Source: a bacterium
Lineage (GTDB): Bacteria > Electryoneota > Electryoneia > Electryoneales > Electryoneaceae
NCBI GenBank assembly: GCA_043801585.1
Contig: JAZDLX010000046.1
Span: 1 to 24,165 of the forward strand
Length of the DNA: 24,165 nucleotides
Direction: 5' to 3'
Shown: piece after piece, positions 8,995 to 17,089 of the stretch
How positions within the stretch are numbered: the first letter of the stretch is position 1
How the letters are laid out: the number at the start of each line of letters is the position of its first letter
Notes under the pieces: generated by a model
Told to the model about the DNA's origin: nothing
What the model saw: the letters and a program-made list of their open reading frames with translations, nothing else
Database searches by the model: none
Position numbers and translations under genes: made by a program

Positions 8995-9142
8995 AACATG
9001 TACGGTGTCACGTTCCTGACCATTCTGAATCAGGTTCCTGAGACCTATTCAACATTCGACCGGCGCCAAACACTTTATAGCGGATGGTGCTTCGCACTCC
9101 CCGGATCGCGTATTCGTCGGGTGCGCGGACCGATACTGATTC

Positions 9143-9970
9143 CTACCTCACTACGTTCGGATACAGCTTTCCGGCGATGGCGATGAGGACGACCATCGAC
9201 CCAATCAGAACAGCGAGATCGAGGGGCAATCCGTAGACGCTTTCTCCCGTTTTGAGCATCAACGCGCGCAGGGCATCCACCTCATAGGTCAGGGGATTTC
9301 CGTGGGCGACGACTTTCAGCCAGTCCGGCATGATGGCGATGGGGTAGATGGCGTTGCTCGCGAAGAAGAGCGGCATGGTGAGGATTTGCCCGATTCCCAT
9401 AAAACGTTCCCGAGTCTTGACGATGCAGGCGATGATCAGTGAAAACGTCGAAAAGACTCCCGATCCCAACAGAACAGTGAACAGAACCCCCACGAGCGCA
9501 AAGGGGTTCCAGTTCATTTTCACACCGAGCAGAAGCGCGACGATGTAGACAATTACCGCCTGGGTCAGGCCGCGCACTCCCGCTGACAACGCTTTGCCCA
9601 GCACCAGTGCGCTTCGGGGTGTGGGACTTACGAGCAACTTGTGCACCACCCCCAGGTCACGTTCCCAGATGATCGAGATACCGTAGAAGATGGCGATGAA
9701 GAGCACACTCTGCGCGAGGATTCCCGGTGCCATGAAATCGATGTAACGCAGATCGCCGGTGGGGATGGCGCGAACTCGAGTGAACACCTCACCGAAGACC
9801 AGCAGCCAGAGGACAGGCTGGATCGCACGGGTCACCACTTCAGTGGGATCATGTTCCAGTTTGCGGATTTCAAGGCTGACGATGGTAATCGTCTTGTTGA
9901 TATAGGAGAGCAGTCCTCTCGGGAAACCGGGTTTGACCGGTAAAGCCCGGTCAACTAAGGCGTCGGGCAT
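9143..9970 (-). CDS. ABC-2 type transporter permease (DrrB-like)
   Basis: YIDFMAPGIL, SIIWERDLG, LFFASNAIYP and NPLTYEVDALR motifs; GGGAGG RBS before ATG 9970. Confidence 0.9.
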   Translation of the reverse strand: MPDALVDRALPVKPGFPRGLLSYINKTITIVSLEIRKLEHDPTEVVTRAIQPVLWLLVFGEVFTRVRAIPTGDLRYIDFMAPGILAQSVLFIAIFYGISIIWERDLGVVHKLLVSPTPRSALVLGKALSAGVRGLTQAVIVYIVALLLGVKMNWNPFALVGVLFTVLLGSGVFSTFSLIIACIVKTRERFMGIGQILTMPLFFASNAIYPIAIMPDWLKVVAHGNPLTYEVDALRALMLKTGESVYGLPLDLAVLIGSMVVLIAIAGKLYPNVVR

Positions 9971-10748
9971 TGCGCCTCCCTTGCATCGTTTCACGGAAAC
10001 TGCCACCCGATTCGAGGGGGCCGCCCGTGTAGTGCTCGAAAACCTCATCAAGGGTGGTCCCTTTGCCACCTACCGAGGCTTTCAGATTGGCCGGGGTATC
10101 CATTGCGGTCATCTTGCCGAGGTGCATCAGGGCAACGCGGTCGCACAGATGGTCCGCCTCTTCCATGTAGTGAGTGGTGAGAAAAACCGTCGTATTGAAA
10201 AGGGTGCGCAATTCCAGGATTCGTTCCCACACCATCTGTCGCGCCATGGGATCGAGGCCGGTGGTCGGTTCATCCAGGAAGAGCAGGGGGGGACGGTGGA
10301 GCATGCATTGGGCGATCTCGAGTCTGCGGATCATACCTCCGGAATAAGTGCGTACCAGTTTATCCGCGAAGCTTTCCAGGTTCATGAAGGCGAAGGCCTC
10401 TGAAATCCTTGATTCCCTTTCGGCTCGGGGGATATCGTAGAGTTTCGCAAAAAGGCTCAGGTTTTCGTAACCGGTCAGGGCGCCATCGGCAGAAATGAGT
10501 TGCGGGACGTACCCGATCACATGACGTACCATCGCCGACTGGCGGACGATATCGAACCCGGCGATGGTTGCTGTGCCGGAAGTGGGTGGCAGCAGCGTGG
10601 ACAACATCTTGATCAGGGTCGTCTTACCCGCTCCGTTGCGCCCGAGCAGTCCGAAGATTTCGCCCTGCTCCACGGAGAGGGTGAGGTCGTTGACTGCAAT
10701 CAAATCGCCGAAGGTTCGGGTGATGGATGTTGTGGACAGGATCGTCAT
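9951..10748 (-). CDS. ABC transporter ATP-binding protein (DrrA-like)
   Basis: Walker A GRNGAGKTT, signature YSGGM, Walker B LFLDEPT, H-loop TTHY; AGAGG before ATG 10748. Confidence 0.93.
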   Translation of the reverse strand: MTILSTTSITRTFGDLIAVNDLTLSVEQGEIFGLLGRNGAGKTTLIKMLSTLLPPTSGTATIAGFDIVRQSAMVRHVIGYVPQLISADGALTGYENLSLFAKLYDIPRAERESRISEAFAFMNLESFADKLVRTYSGGMIRRLEIAQCMLHRPPLLFLDEPTTGLDPMARQMVWERILELRTLFNTTVFLTTHYMEEADHLCDRVALMHLGKMTAMDTPANLKASVGGKGTTLDEVFEHYTGGPLESGGSFRETMQGRRNARRLS

Positions 10749-10959
10749 CGATCCGCCTCTGCTTATAAGGGTTGTCGATAGGTTCAACCTGCCGTGGAGA
10801 ACGTGTCCTTCTCCGATAGCGCTTTGCATGAACCGTTTGGAGGGTGGGCCAGAGGGTGAAAGGGGACGTTGTGCTCATTCGTCTCAGCGCATAACTCGGC
10901 TTCCAGCGCTCAGGTTGCCCTTCTTTTCCTTGTTCTCTCCCCGCATCAGAGAACCGGAT

Positions 10960-10989
10960 ATAGTATTCACAATGGTCGGCGGTGCGCAA
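10960..10989 (-). promoter_or_regulatory. Candidate sigma70 promoter for the ABC operon
   Basis: Minus strand TTGCGC-N18-TACTAT, about 210 bp upstream of the ATPase start. Confidence 0.35.
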
Positions 10990-11027
10990 TGGCCACTCCG
11001 CGTGGTGCCCGGAGCCGGGCCATGCCC

Positions 11028-11660
11028 CCCTGTTTGCTTTGCGCAGCGTGTTCGTCATCCTGAACGAAGTGAAGGATCTTTGTTCTCTGACCATGTATGA
11101 ATTCTTCCCGTCTGGATTGCCTGGTCAAGCCGGGCAATGACAACGGAGGGTCAGTTTTGTAAGCCGGGGTTTCCGGCATGTTCACCTTACCAGCGAATCC
11201 CGGCATCTCTCCTTGTGTCATCACCAGCGCCGTCAGGCGCGCGGTGATCTCCCATTGCGTTTCCTTGATACGAAACATAGATCCTTCGCTCACCTTCGGT
11301 GGCTCAGGATGACTGATTCTTCCAGTCGATTGTGCCCCTGTTTACGCGGTTTTGCAGGCCGGGGTCTTCGAACCCGGCTGTCTTCTCCTTTGTCGTGTGT
11401 CCTTGTTTGCCCTGTTCCCCTGTTTGCTTTGCGCAGCGGGCAAACAGGGTTTATCCTGATTCTTTTGCCGTGTGGCCCGGCCCTGTCCGCCGTAGCGGAT
11501 GCGCAGGCAACGTGCCCCTGTTTGCTTAGCAAAGCGGGCAAACAGGGTTTATTCTAATTCTTCAACCTGGATTGTCCGGTCAAGCACGCCGTGGGCGTAC
11601 GAGCCGGACAATGACAGACAGGTGGCTCGTTGGTGTGGCCCGGCTGCCCCGCCAGCCGGG
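11028..11660. repeat. Mosaic cluster of REP-like palindromes from several families
   Basis: GTCAT...ATGAC doublets 11054-11141 and 11217-11313 and a single arm 11567-11616; CCCTGTTTGC-N12-GCAAACAGGG hairpins 11418-11449 and 11516-11547 (partials at 11028 and 11332); GTAG/GTGG-type units at 11158-11204, 11353-11378, 11470-11502 and 11633-11660. Confidence 0.85.
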
Positions 11661-11744
11661 TATCTCAACCGATCATTAGCGTGCGCCCGTAAGGGAAACC
11701 CAGTCCCGAACGGCCGGGACCAGGTTTCTTTCACTTCGTCCCGT

Positions 11745-11773
11745 TTGTGACCGCTACCCCGCCGCCGTACCTT
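11745..11773 (+). promoter_or_regulatory. Candidate sigma70 promoter of purM
   Basis: TTGTGA-N17-TACCTT, 40 bp upstream of the GTG start; same layout as the greA candidate. Confidence 0.45.
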
Positions 11774-11812
11774 TCGCTCCCATGCCATCGGAAAACGACG
11801 AGGATATGTTCT

Positions 11813-12826
11813 GTGGGCAAAACCACCTATCGTGACGCCGGGGTGGACATCGACGCCGGTGAAGAGCTGGTCCGCCGGATCAAACCTGCGGTGAAGCTGA
11901 CCTTCGGGCCGGAAGTGGCCTCCGACCTTGGCCTCTTCGGTGGAGCGTTCCGTCTCGACACCACCGGGATGAAGGATCCGATGCTCGTCTCCTCCACCGA
12001 CGGCGTTGGCACCAAAACCCTCGCCGCGATCTGGGCCAACCGTCACGAGAACATCGGGCGCGATCTCGTCAACCACTGCGTCAACGATATCTTCACCTGC
12101 GGTGCCCGCCCGCTCTTCTTCCTCGACTACTACGCCACCGGCAAACTCGACGTGGACATCGCCGAAAAGGTGATTACAGGCCTCGCCGAGGGGTGCCGGG
12201 ATGTGAATTGCGCACTCATCGGCGGGGAAACGGCGGAGATGCCGCAGGTCTACCACGAAGGCTCCTACGACCTGGCGGGAACGATCGTCGGCGTCGTGGA
12301 CGGATCGAAACTGATCGACGGCTCGAAAATCCGCGAGGGCGACCTGCTCGTCGGACTCCCCTCGAGCGGGCTGCACACCAACGGCTACACCCTCGCCCGC
12401 AAGGTGCTGATCGAACAGGCGGGGTTGAAACCCGACGCCCGTCTCGATGGGTTGGACCGCACCCTCGGCGAGGCGCTGCTCGCTCCGCACATCTGCTACC
12501 AGTCCACCGTGTCACGATGGCTCGCTCGCGGACTCGAGGTACACGGCATGGCTCACATCACCGGCGGTGGAGTCGAGGGCAACACGAAACGGATCGTCCC
12601 CGAAGGGTTGAAGGCGGTGATCGAGTGGGACCGCTGGGCAGTTCCGCCGCTGTTCCGGCACATCCAGCAGCTCGGCGAGGTCCCCGATGAGGAGATGCGC
12701 CGCGCGTTCAACCTCGGTGTCGGCTGGGTCATTGCGATTCCCGCGGGTCGCGCCAAGGAGCTGATCCTACACGGCATGCAAACCGGCATCGAAGCGATTC
12801 GCATCGGGCACGTGGAGGCGGCATAG
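11813..12826 (+). CDS. purM: Phosphoribosylformylglycinamidine cyclo-ligase (AIR synthetase)
   Basis: TYRDAGVDI, STDGVGTK, PLFFLDY, GGETAEMP, SSGLHTNGY, AHITGGG; GAGGA RBS before GTG 11813. Confidence 0.97.
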   Translation: MGKTTYRDAGVDIDAGEELVRRIKPAVKLTFGPEVASDLGLFGGAFRLDTTGMKDPMLVSSTDGVGTKTLAAIWANRHENIGRDLVNHCVNDIFTCGARPLFFLDYYATGKLDVDIAEKVITGLAEGCRDVNCALIGGETAEMPQVYHEGSYDLAGTIVGVVDGSKLIDGSKIREGDLLVGLPSSGLHTNGYTLARKVLIEQAGLKPDARLDGLDRTLGEALLAPHICYQSTVSRWLARGLEVHGMAHITGGGVEGNTKRIVPEGLKAVIEWDRWAVPPLFRHIQQLGEVPDEEMRRAFNLGVGWVIAIPAGRAKELILHGMQTGIEAIRIGHVEAA

Positions 12827-12907
12827 CACCCCGACCCCCAGGTTGGAATCGAGTATCCGATTCGTTGGTTGTGCCGGGTCTTTAGCGAAGCGGTGACCCG
12901 ATAATCT

Positions 12908-12950
12908 TTCCGTCGGATCTCCACTTCGTTTCCGATCCGACGGAACTTTT
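12908..12950 (+). terminator. Hairpin after purM, possible intrinsic terminator (or REP-type palindrome)
   Basis: Perfect 12-bp stem TTCCGTCGGATC / GATCCGACGGAA, 14-nt loop, followed by CTTTT. Confidence 0.5.
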
Positions 12951-13047
12951 CAATGCGCCGGTTCCCGCTGCAATCGGTGCCACACCCTTTTTCCGCCCGT
13001 AACCAGGCCTTATTTTGCTTCGCCTGACGAAATAGGGTGGAGACCGC

Positions 13048-13710
13048 ATGTTCCTTATTGCCGCGATGATCGGCGCGTACTTTTTCGGCGCAATGCCGAC
13101 CGCTGTTCTCGTTACCCGGCGTGTTGCGGGGATCAACATCCTGGAGGTCGGAAGCGGCAATCCGGGTGCGTCCAACGTTTTCCGTGTCCTTGGACCACGA
13201 TGGGCGATCACCACGTTCGCCGTGGATGTGTTCAAAGGCTACATGCCGGTGTGGCTGGTTTCCAAGTTCGCTCACAATCTGATCATTCCCGGATTCGCGC
13301 CGAACGCAATCGCCGTTATGGCCTGGGTCGGACTGTCGGCGTTTCTTGGACACGTGCGGTCGCCCTTCCTCCATTTCCGTGGAGGAAAAGGCGCTTCGAC
13401 AGGACTCGGAGCGATGTTTGCGATGGCTCCCCAGGCGACGACTTTGGCGATCCTCGTGTATGCCGCAGCGCTCTTTGCGACAAGAACGTTTTCGTTGGCG
13501 ACATTGACAGCAGCAGCAGCCTATCCGGTGCTCCTGTTCCTCCGCGAGGGCGACGGCGACTGGCATGTGCTCGGTTGGGGGCTGACAGTGCCTCTCTTGC
13601 TGATGGCCACCCATTGGCGCAACATTGCCCGCATCTTCTCCGGGAAGGAACTGCAGATGCGGACAAATATGGATCATCTTGCTGAAGAAGATCACGAAGG
13701 AGTGGAGTAG
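13048..13710 (+). CDS. plsY: Acyl-phosphate:glycerol-3-phosphate acyltransferase
   Basis: GSGNPGASNVFR, DVFKG, FRGGKG and HWRNIAR motifs; GGAG RBS; adjacent to gpsA. Confidence 0.95.
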   Translation: MFLIAAMIGAYFFGAMPTAVLVTRRVAGINILEVGSGNPGASNVFRVLGPRWAITTFAVDVFKGYMPVWLVSKFAHNLIIPGFAPNAIAVMAWVGLSAFLGHVRSPFLHFRGGKGASTGLGAMFAMAPQATTLAILVYAAALFATRTFSLATLTAAAAYPVLLFLREGDGDWHVLGWGLTVPLLLMATHWRNIARIFSGKELQMRTNMDHLAEEDHEGVE

Positions 13711-13711
13711 C

Positions 13712-14722
13712 ATGTCGAGTCTGGCGATTCTCGGTGCGGGAAGCTGGGGTACGGCGTTGGCGATTCAGCTCACAAGCGAAAGCGGGCATGATGTGCGCCT
13801 CTGGGAATTTCGACCCGACGCTGCCGAGGCGTTGAAACGAGACCGTGAAAACCGGGAATTCCTCCCAAGCGCAATGTTTCCCGACGGCATTACTGTTACA
13901 AACGATCTCAACGAGACTCTCGCCGGGGTGGAAATCGTCCTGCTGGTCGTCCCCTCGCAGGTGACTCGCAAGGTGATGGAACAGATAGACCCCCTCGCCG
14001 TGAAGGACAAGGTCTGGGTTGGTTGTTCAAAAGGGATCGAGAACGGCTCGCTGAAAAGAATGTCCGAAGTTGCCGAGGAGGTGCTCGGACCGGATATTGC
14101 CAACCGCTATATCGCGCTTTCCGGCCCCAGCCATGCGGAGGAAGTCTCGCAGAACATCCCGACCACCGTTGTCGCGGCAGGCCGTGACCTTGCTTTGGCA
14201 CAGCGGATTCAAAAGGAGTTCTCCAGCAGAACATTCCGCGTCTATGCGTCCGATGACGTAGTCGGTGTGGAGCTGGGCGCCAGCCTGAAGAATGTGATCG
14301 CCATCGCCTCCGGCATCTGCGATGGTATGGGATTCGGCGACAACACCAAGGGCGCCCTGATGACGCGTGGCCTGCACGAGATCACCCGCCTCGGCATCCA
14401 GCTCGGTGGACAGCGGGAAACCTTTGCGGGCCTGTCAGGGATGGGCGATCTGATCACCACCTGCACCAGCCGCCACAGCCGCAACCGCTTCGTCGGCGAA
14501 CAGCTCGGCAAGGGGCGCACCCTGAACAACATTCTCAAGAACATGCACATGATCGCGGAAGGCGTCACAACGACGAAATCCGCCAACGACCTGGCGAATC
14601 GTGAAGGCGTGGAAATGCCGATCACCCATCAGGTCTACCGTATCCTCTTTGAAGAAGCCGATGCTCGTGAGGCAGTGACCGCACTGATGACGAGATCGCT
14701 GAAGGTGGAGCATCATCTATGA
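13712..14722 (+). CDS. gpsA: NAD(P)H-dependent glycerol-3-phosphate dehydrogenase
   Basis: [52 protein letters not shown] 13712 after GGAG. Confidence 0.97.
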   Translation: MSSLAILGAGSWGTALAIQLTSESGHDVRLWEFRPDAAEALKRDRENREFLPSAMFPDGITVTNDLNETLAGVEIVLLVVPSQVTRKVMEQIDPLAVKDKVWVGCSKGIENGSLKRMSEVAEEVLGPDIANRYIALSGPSHAEEVSQNIPTTVVAAGRDLALAQRIQKEFSSRTFRVYASDDVVGVELGASLKNVIAIASGICDGMGFGDNTKGALMTRGLHEITRLGIQLGGQRETFAGLSGMGDLITTCTSRHSRNRFVGEQLGKGRTLNNILKNMHMIAEGVTTTKSANDLANREGVEMPITHQVYRILFEEADAREAVTALMTRSLKVEHHL

Positions 14723-16035
14723 AGCGCGTGTACATCGAGGAGTTTCCCAGGTACGAAGGCCAGGAGGTGGAAGTCGCCGGCTGGTTGTACAACCAGCGTG
14801 GTTCGGGCAAGATCCTGTTCCTGCTCGTCCGTGACGGCACCGGCATCGTCCAGGCGGTACTCAGCAAGGCGGATGTAAACAATGACCTTTTCGAGCTGGC
14901 CAAAAGCCTCACCCAGGAAACCTCGCTGATCGTCCGCGGCGTCATTCGCGAGGACAAACGCGCGCCCGGTGGGTACGAGATGCAGGTTGCCTCTTACGAA
15001 AAGGTGGGCGATTCGGTGGACTACCCGATCACCCCCAAGGAGCACGGAACCACCTTCCTGCTCGACCACCGCCATCTCTGGCTGCGCTCGGCGAAACAGC
15101 ACGCCCTGTTGCGCATCCGCCACGAGATCATCTGGGCGATCCGCGACTTCTTCAACAACCGCGGATTCCTTTGCTTCGACACGCCGATGTTTACGCCCAA
15201 CGCCGTCGAGGGCACGACTACCCTGTTCAGCACCGACTACTTCGACAGCACAGCATTCCTCACCCAGTCCGGCCAGCTTTACGCCGAGGCCGGGGCGATG
15301 GCCTTCGGCAAGGTCTACACCTTCGGCCCCACCTTTCGCGCGGAAAAATCCAAGACCCGCCGCCACCTGACCGAGTTCTGGATGATCGAACCGGAGGTGG
15401 CGTTCCTCGACCTCGAAGGGGACATGGAGCTGGCCGAGGATATGACGATCTACGCCGTCGAGCGCGTTCTCGAGAAACGGCGAACGGAGCTGGAGACCCT
15501 CGAGCGGGACATCAGCAAGCTCGAAGCGATCAGGAAACCGTTCCCCCGTGTGCGTTATGACGAGGCGGAGAAAATCCTGTTGGCCTACGCCGCCGAACAT
15601 CCCGGCGAGGAAGAGGCACAGTTTGCAGCGGGAAGCGATCTGGGGGCGCGGCACGAGACGATCCTCACACAGCCGTTCGATCGGCCCATCTTCCTCACTC
15701 ACTTTCCGGCGGAGATCAAGGCGTTCTACATGAAGCGCGACCCCGAACAGCCCGGCCGCGTCCTCGCCTTCGACATGCTCGCCCCGGAAGGGTACGGAGA
15801 ATTGATCGGCGGATCGGTCCGTGAGGACGACTATGACACGCTGCTCCAGCGCATCCGCGAGCACCAACTGCCCGAGGAAGCCTTCGAATGGTACCTGGAC
15901 CTGCGGAAGTATGGATCGGTGCCGCACGCCGGATTCGGCCTCGGCCTCGAGCGTACGGTCACCTGGATCGCCGGTCGCAACCACCTCCGCGAAGCCATCC
16001 CGTTCCCGAGAATGATGTACCGGATGCGGCCATAA
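14719..16035 (+). CDS. asnS: Asparagine--tRNA ligase
   Basis: OB-fold N-terminus (GW...RDGTG..QAV), [50 protein letters not shown] overlap with the gpsA stop. Confidence 0.95.
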   Translation: MKRVYIEEFPRYEGQEVEVAGWLYNQRGSGKILFLLVRDGTGIVQAVLSKADVNNDLFELAKSLTQETSLIVRGVIREDKRAPGGYEMQVASYEKVGDSVDYPITPKEHGTTFLLDHRHLWLRSAKQHALLRIRHEIIWAIRDFFNNRGFLCFDTPMFTPNAVEGTTTLFSTDYFDSTAFLTQSGQLYAEAGAMAFGKVYTFGPTFRAEKSKTRRHLTEFWMIEPEVAFLDLEGDMELAEDMTIYAVERVLEKRRTELETLERDISKLEAIRKPFPRVRYDEAEKILLAYAAEHPGEEEAQFAAGSDLGARHETILTQPFDRPIFLTHFPAEIKAFYMKRDPEQPGRVLAFDMLAPEGYGELIGGSVREDDYDTLLQRIREHQLPEEAFEWYLDLRKYGSVPHAGFGLGLERTVTWIAGRNHLREAIPFPRMMYRMRP

Positions 16036-16160
16036 TTAAGGGGACACATTACTTAATTCAATTTGACAATGATCAGTAAAAGTTATATGATTGTAAATCC
16101 GTATGTTATTCTCAAATGGTTCGCAATAAACTGAATTAAGTAATGTGTCCCTTTAATTAT
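16032..16160. mobile_element. AT-rich 129-bp element with 33-bp terminal inverted repeats (MITE-like or invertible segment)
   Basis: Left ATAATTAAGGGGACACATTACTTAATTCAATTT (16032-16064) matches the reverse complement of 16128-16160 at 31/33; TAATTA occurs at both ends (16033-16038, 16154-16159). Confidence 0.75.
16063..16091 (+). promoter_or_regulatory. Near-consensus sigma70 promoter inside the inverted-repeat element, facing acyP
   Basis: TTGACA (16063-16068)-N17-TATGAT (16086-16091). Confidence 0.7.
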
Positions 16161-16203
16161 TGTACAAAAGAGATAATTCGTCCGTGAATATTGGTGCTAT
16201 GTG

Positions 16204-16494
16204 ATGGAAAAACAACGCCTTCACGCTTATGTTTCCGGTCGAGTTCAGGGCATCGGATTCCGTTGGCATGTGATCCAGGCGGTGCGTCTGCACCTGCCCG
16301 AAATCACCGGTTGGGTGCGAAACCGTGTTGACGGGCGTGTGGAGGTGTTGGCGGAGGGCACCCACGAGGAGCTGGACAGGCTGCTGGAGGTGCTGAACAC
16401 AGGCCCCAGCGGCGCACGTGTAGCCCTCGTCGAGACCGAATGGACGGGTGCGAAGGGAGATCTCAAGGGTTTTGACGTGAACTACACAACTTAG
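16204..16494 (+). CDS. acyP: Acylphosphatase
   Basis: VSGRVQGIGFR and ITGWVRNRVDGRVEV motifs; ATG 16204 (GTG 16201 is in frame). Confidence 0.93.
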   Translation: MEKQRLHAYVSGRVQGIGFRWHVIQAVRLHLPEITGWVRNRVDGRVEVLAEGTHEELDRLLEVLNTGPSGARVALVETEWTGAKGDLKGFDVNYTT

Positions 16495-16516
16495 CCGGCC
16501 GTTCACAAAGAACAAC

Positions 16517-16631
16517 TGCCTGAAATGGATGTACAGGATAATCAGGATGTTAAAAGAAAAACTGCATGAAATCCGTGTAAATCTTTTCATCCTGTCTATC
16601 CTGCCTGTTTTCCTCCTGTTCATCCTGTTCC
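16517..16631 (+). repeat. CAGGAT/ATCCTG repeat element, copy 1
   Basis: Left arm GGATGTACAGGATAATCAGGAT, AT-rich core, right arm 16586-16631 matching 16863-16908 at 43/46. Confidence 0.8.
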
Positions 16632-16645
16632 ACTGACCCGATTTC

Positions 16646-16768
16646 TGTCATCACCAGCCCTCTCGCGTCAGCGGGTGGGCGCAGTGATCTCCAAAGGGTT
16701 TCCAGGGTGAATGACTGAATTGGAGATTGCCGCGCCATCCGCCAGCTGGCGGATGGCTGGCAATGACA
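16646..16768. repeat. GTCAT...ATGAC REP-like doublet
   Basis: TGTCATCACCAGC...GTGATCTCC (similar to 11216-11252), spacer, GGAGATTGCC...GGCAATGACA; contains a perfect 24-bp palindrome at 16734-16757. Confidence 0.8.
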
Positions 16769-16772
16769 AAAT

Positions 16773-16908
16773 TGCCCGAAACTGGATGTACAGGATACTT
16801 CAGGATTTACAGGATAAGAACTAAAGTAGAATCTGTTTGTATTTTTCATCCAACCGATTTAGTTCATCCTGTCTATCCTGCCTGTTATCATCCTGTCCAT
16901 CCTGTTCC
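16773..16908 (+). repeat. CAGGAT/ATCCTG repeat element, copy 2
   Basis: TGCCCGAAACTGGATGTACAGGATACTTCAGGATTTACAGGAT, AT-rich core, then the ATCCTG-repeat right arm. Confidence 0.8.
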
Positions 16909-16981
16909 TTCTGCTCTATTCGCAATGATCCTGCTCGATGTGCCCCCTCCTCAGATAACGCTCAATCCTCGAAAACTCCCC

Positions 16982-17010
16982 TTGCGCACAAAGCGGCATA
17001 CGGCTAACTT
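16982..17010 (+). promoter_or_regulatory. Candidate sigma70 promoter of greA
   Basis: TTGCGC-N17-TAACTT. Confidence 0.55.
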
Positions 17011-17020
17011 TTCGCCCGAT

Positions 17021-17067
17021 GCATCGGGGACATGCTTCCTGTGAGGCGTGTGCCCCGATGCCTTTTT
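17021..17067 (+). terminator. Intrinsic-terminator-like hairpin in the greA leader (attenuator)
   Basis: 18-bp stem (GCATCGGGG+ACATGCTTC paired with GAGGCGTGT+CCCCGATGC; one bulge, two G-U pairs), 4-nt loop, followed by CTTTTT; ends 22 nt before the ATG. Confidence 0.65.
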
Positions 17068-17089
17068 CGTGCCTGTTCCGAGGGAGAAG

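Noticed and set aside
8618..9186. ORFs 8618-8989, 8632-8841 and 8959-9186
   Set aside because: They run through a terminator hairpin and repeat units and show no recognisable protein features.
11028..11660. CRISPR array
   Set aside because: The repeats are heterogeneous, irregularly spaced and in mixed orientation; there are no cas genes.
10750..11750. Short ORFs in the ABC-purM gap, or a MarR regulator expected upstream of DrrAB-type genes
   Set aside because: The ORFs are translations of palindromic repeats; no helix-turn-helix-like sequence was seen.
16550..17044. ORFs 16550-16849 and 16727-17044
   Set aside because: Their low-complexity HPV/QD patterns arise directly from the ATCCTG/CAGGAT repeats.
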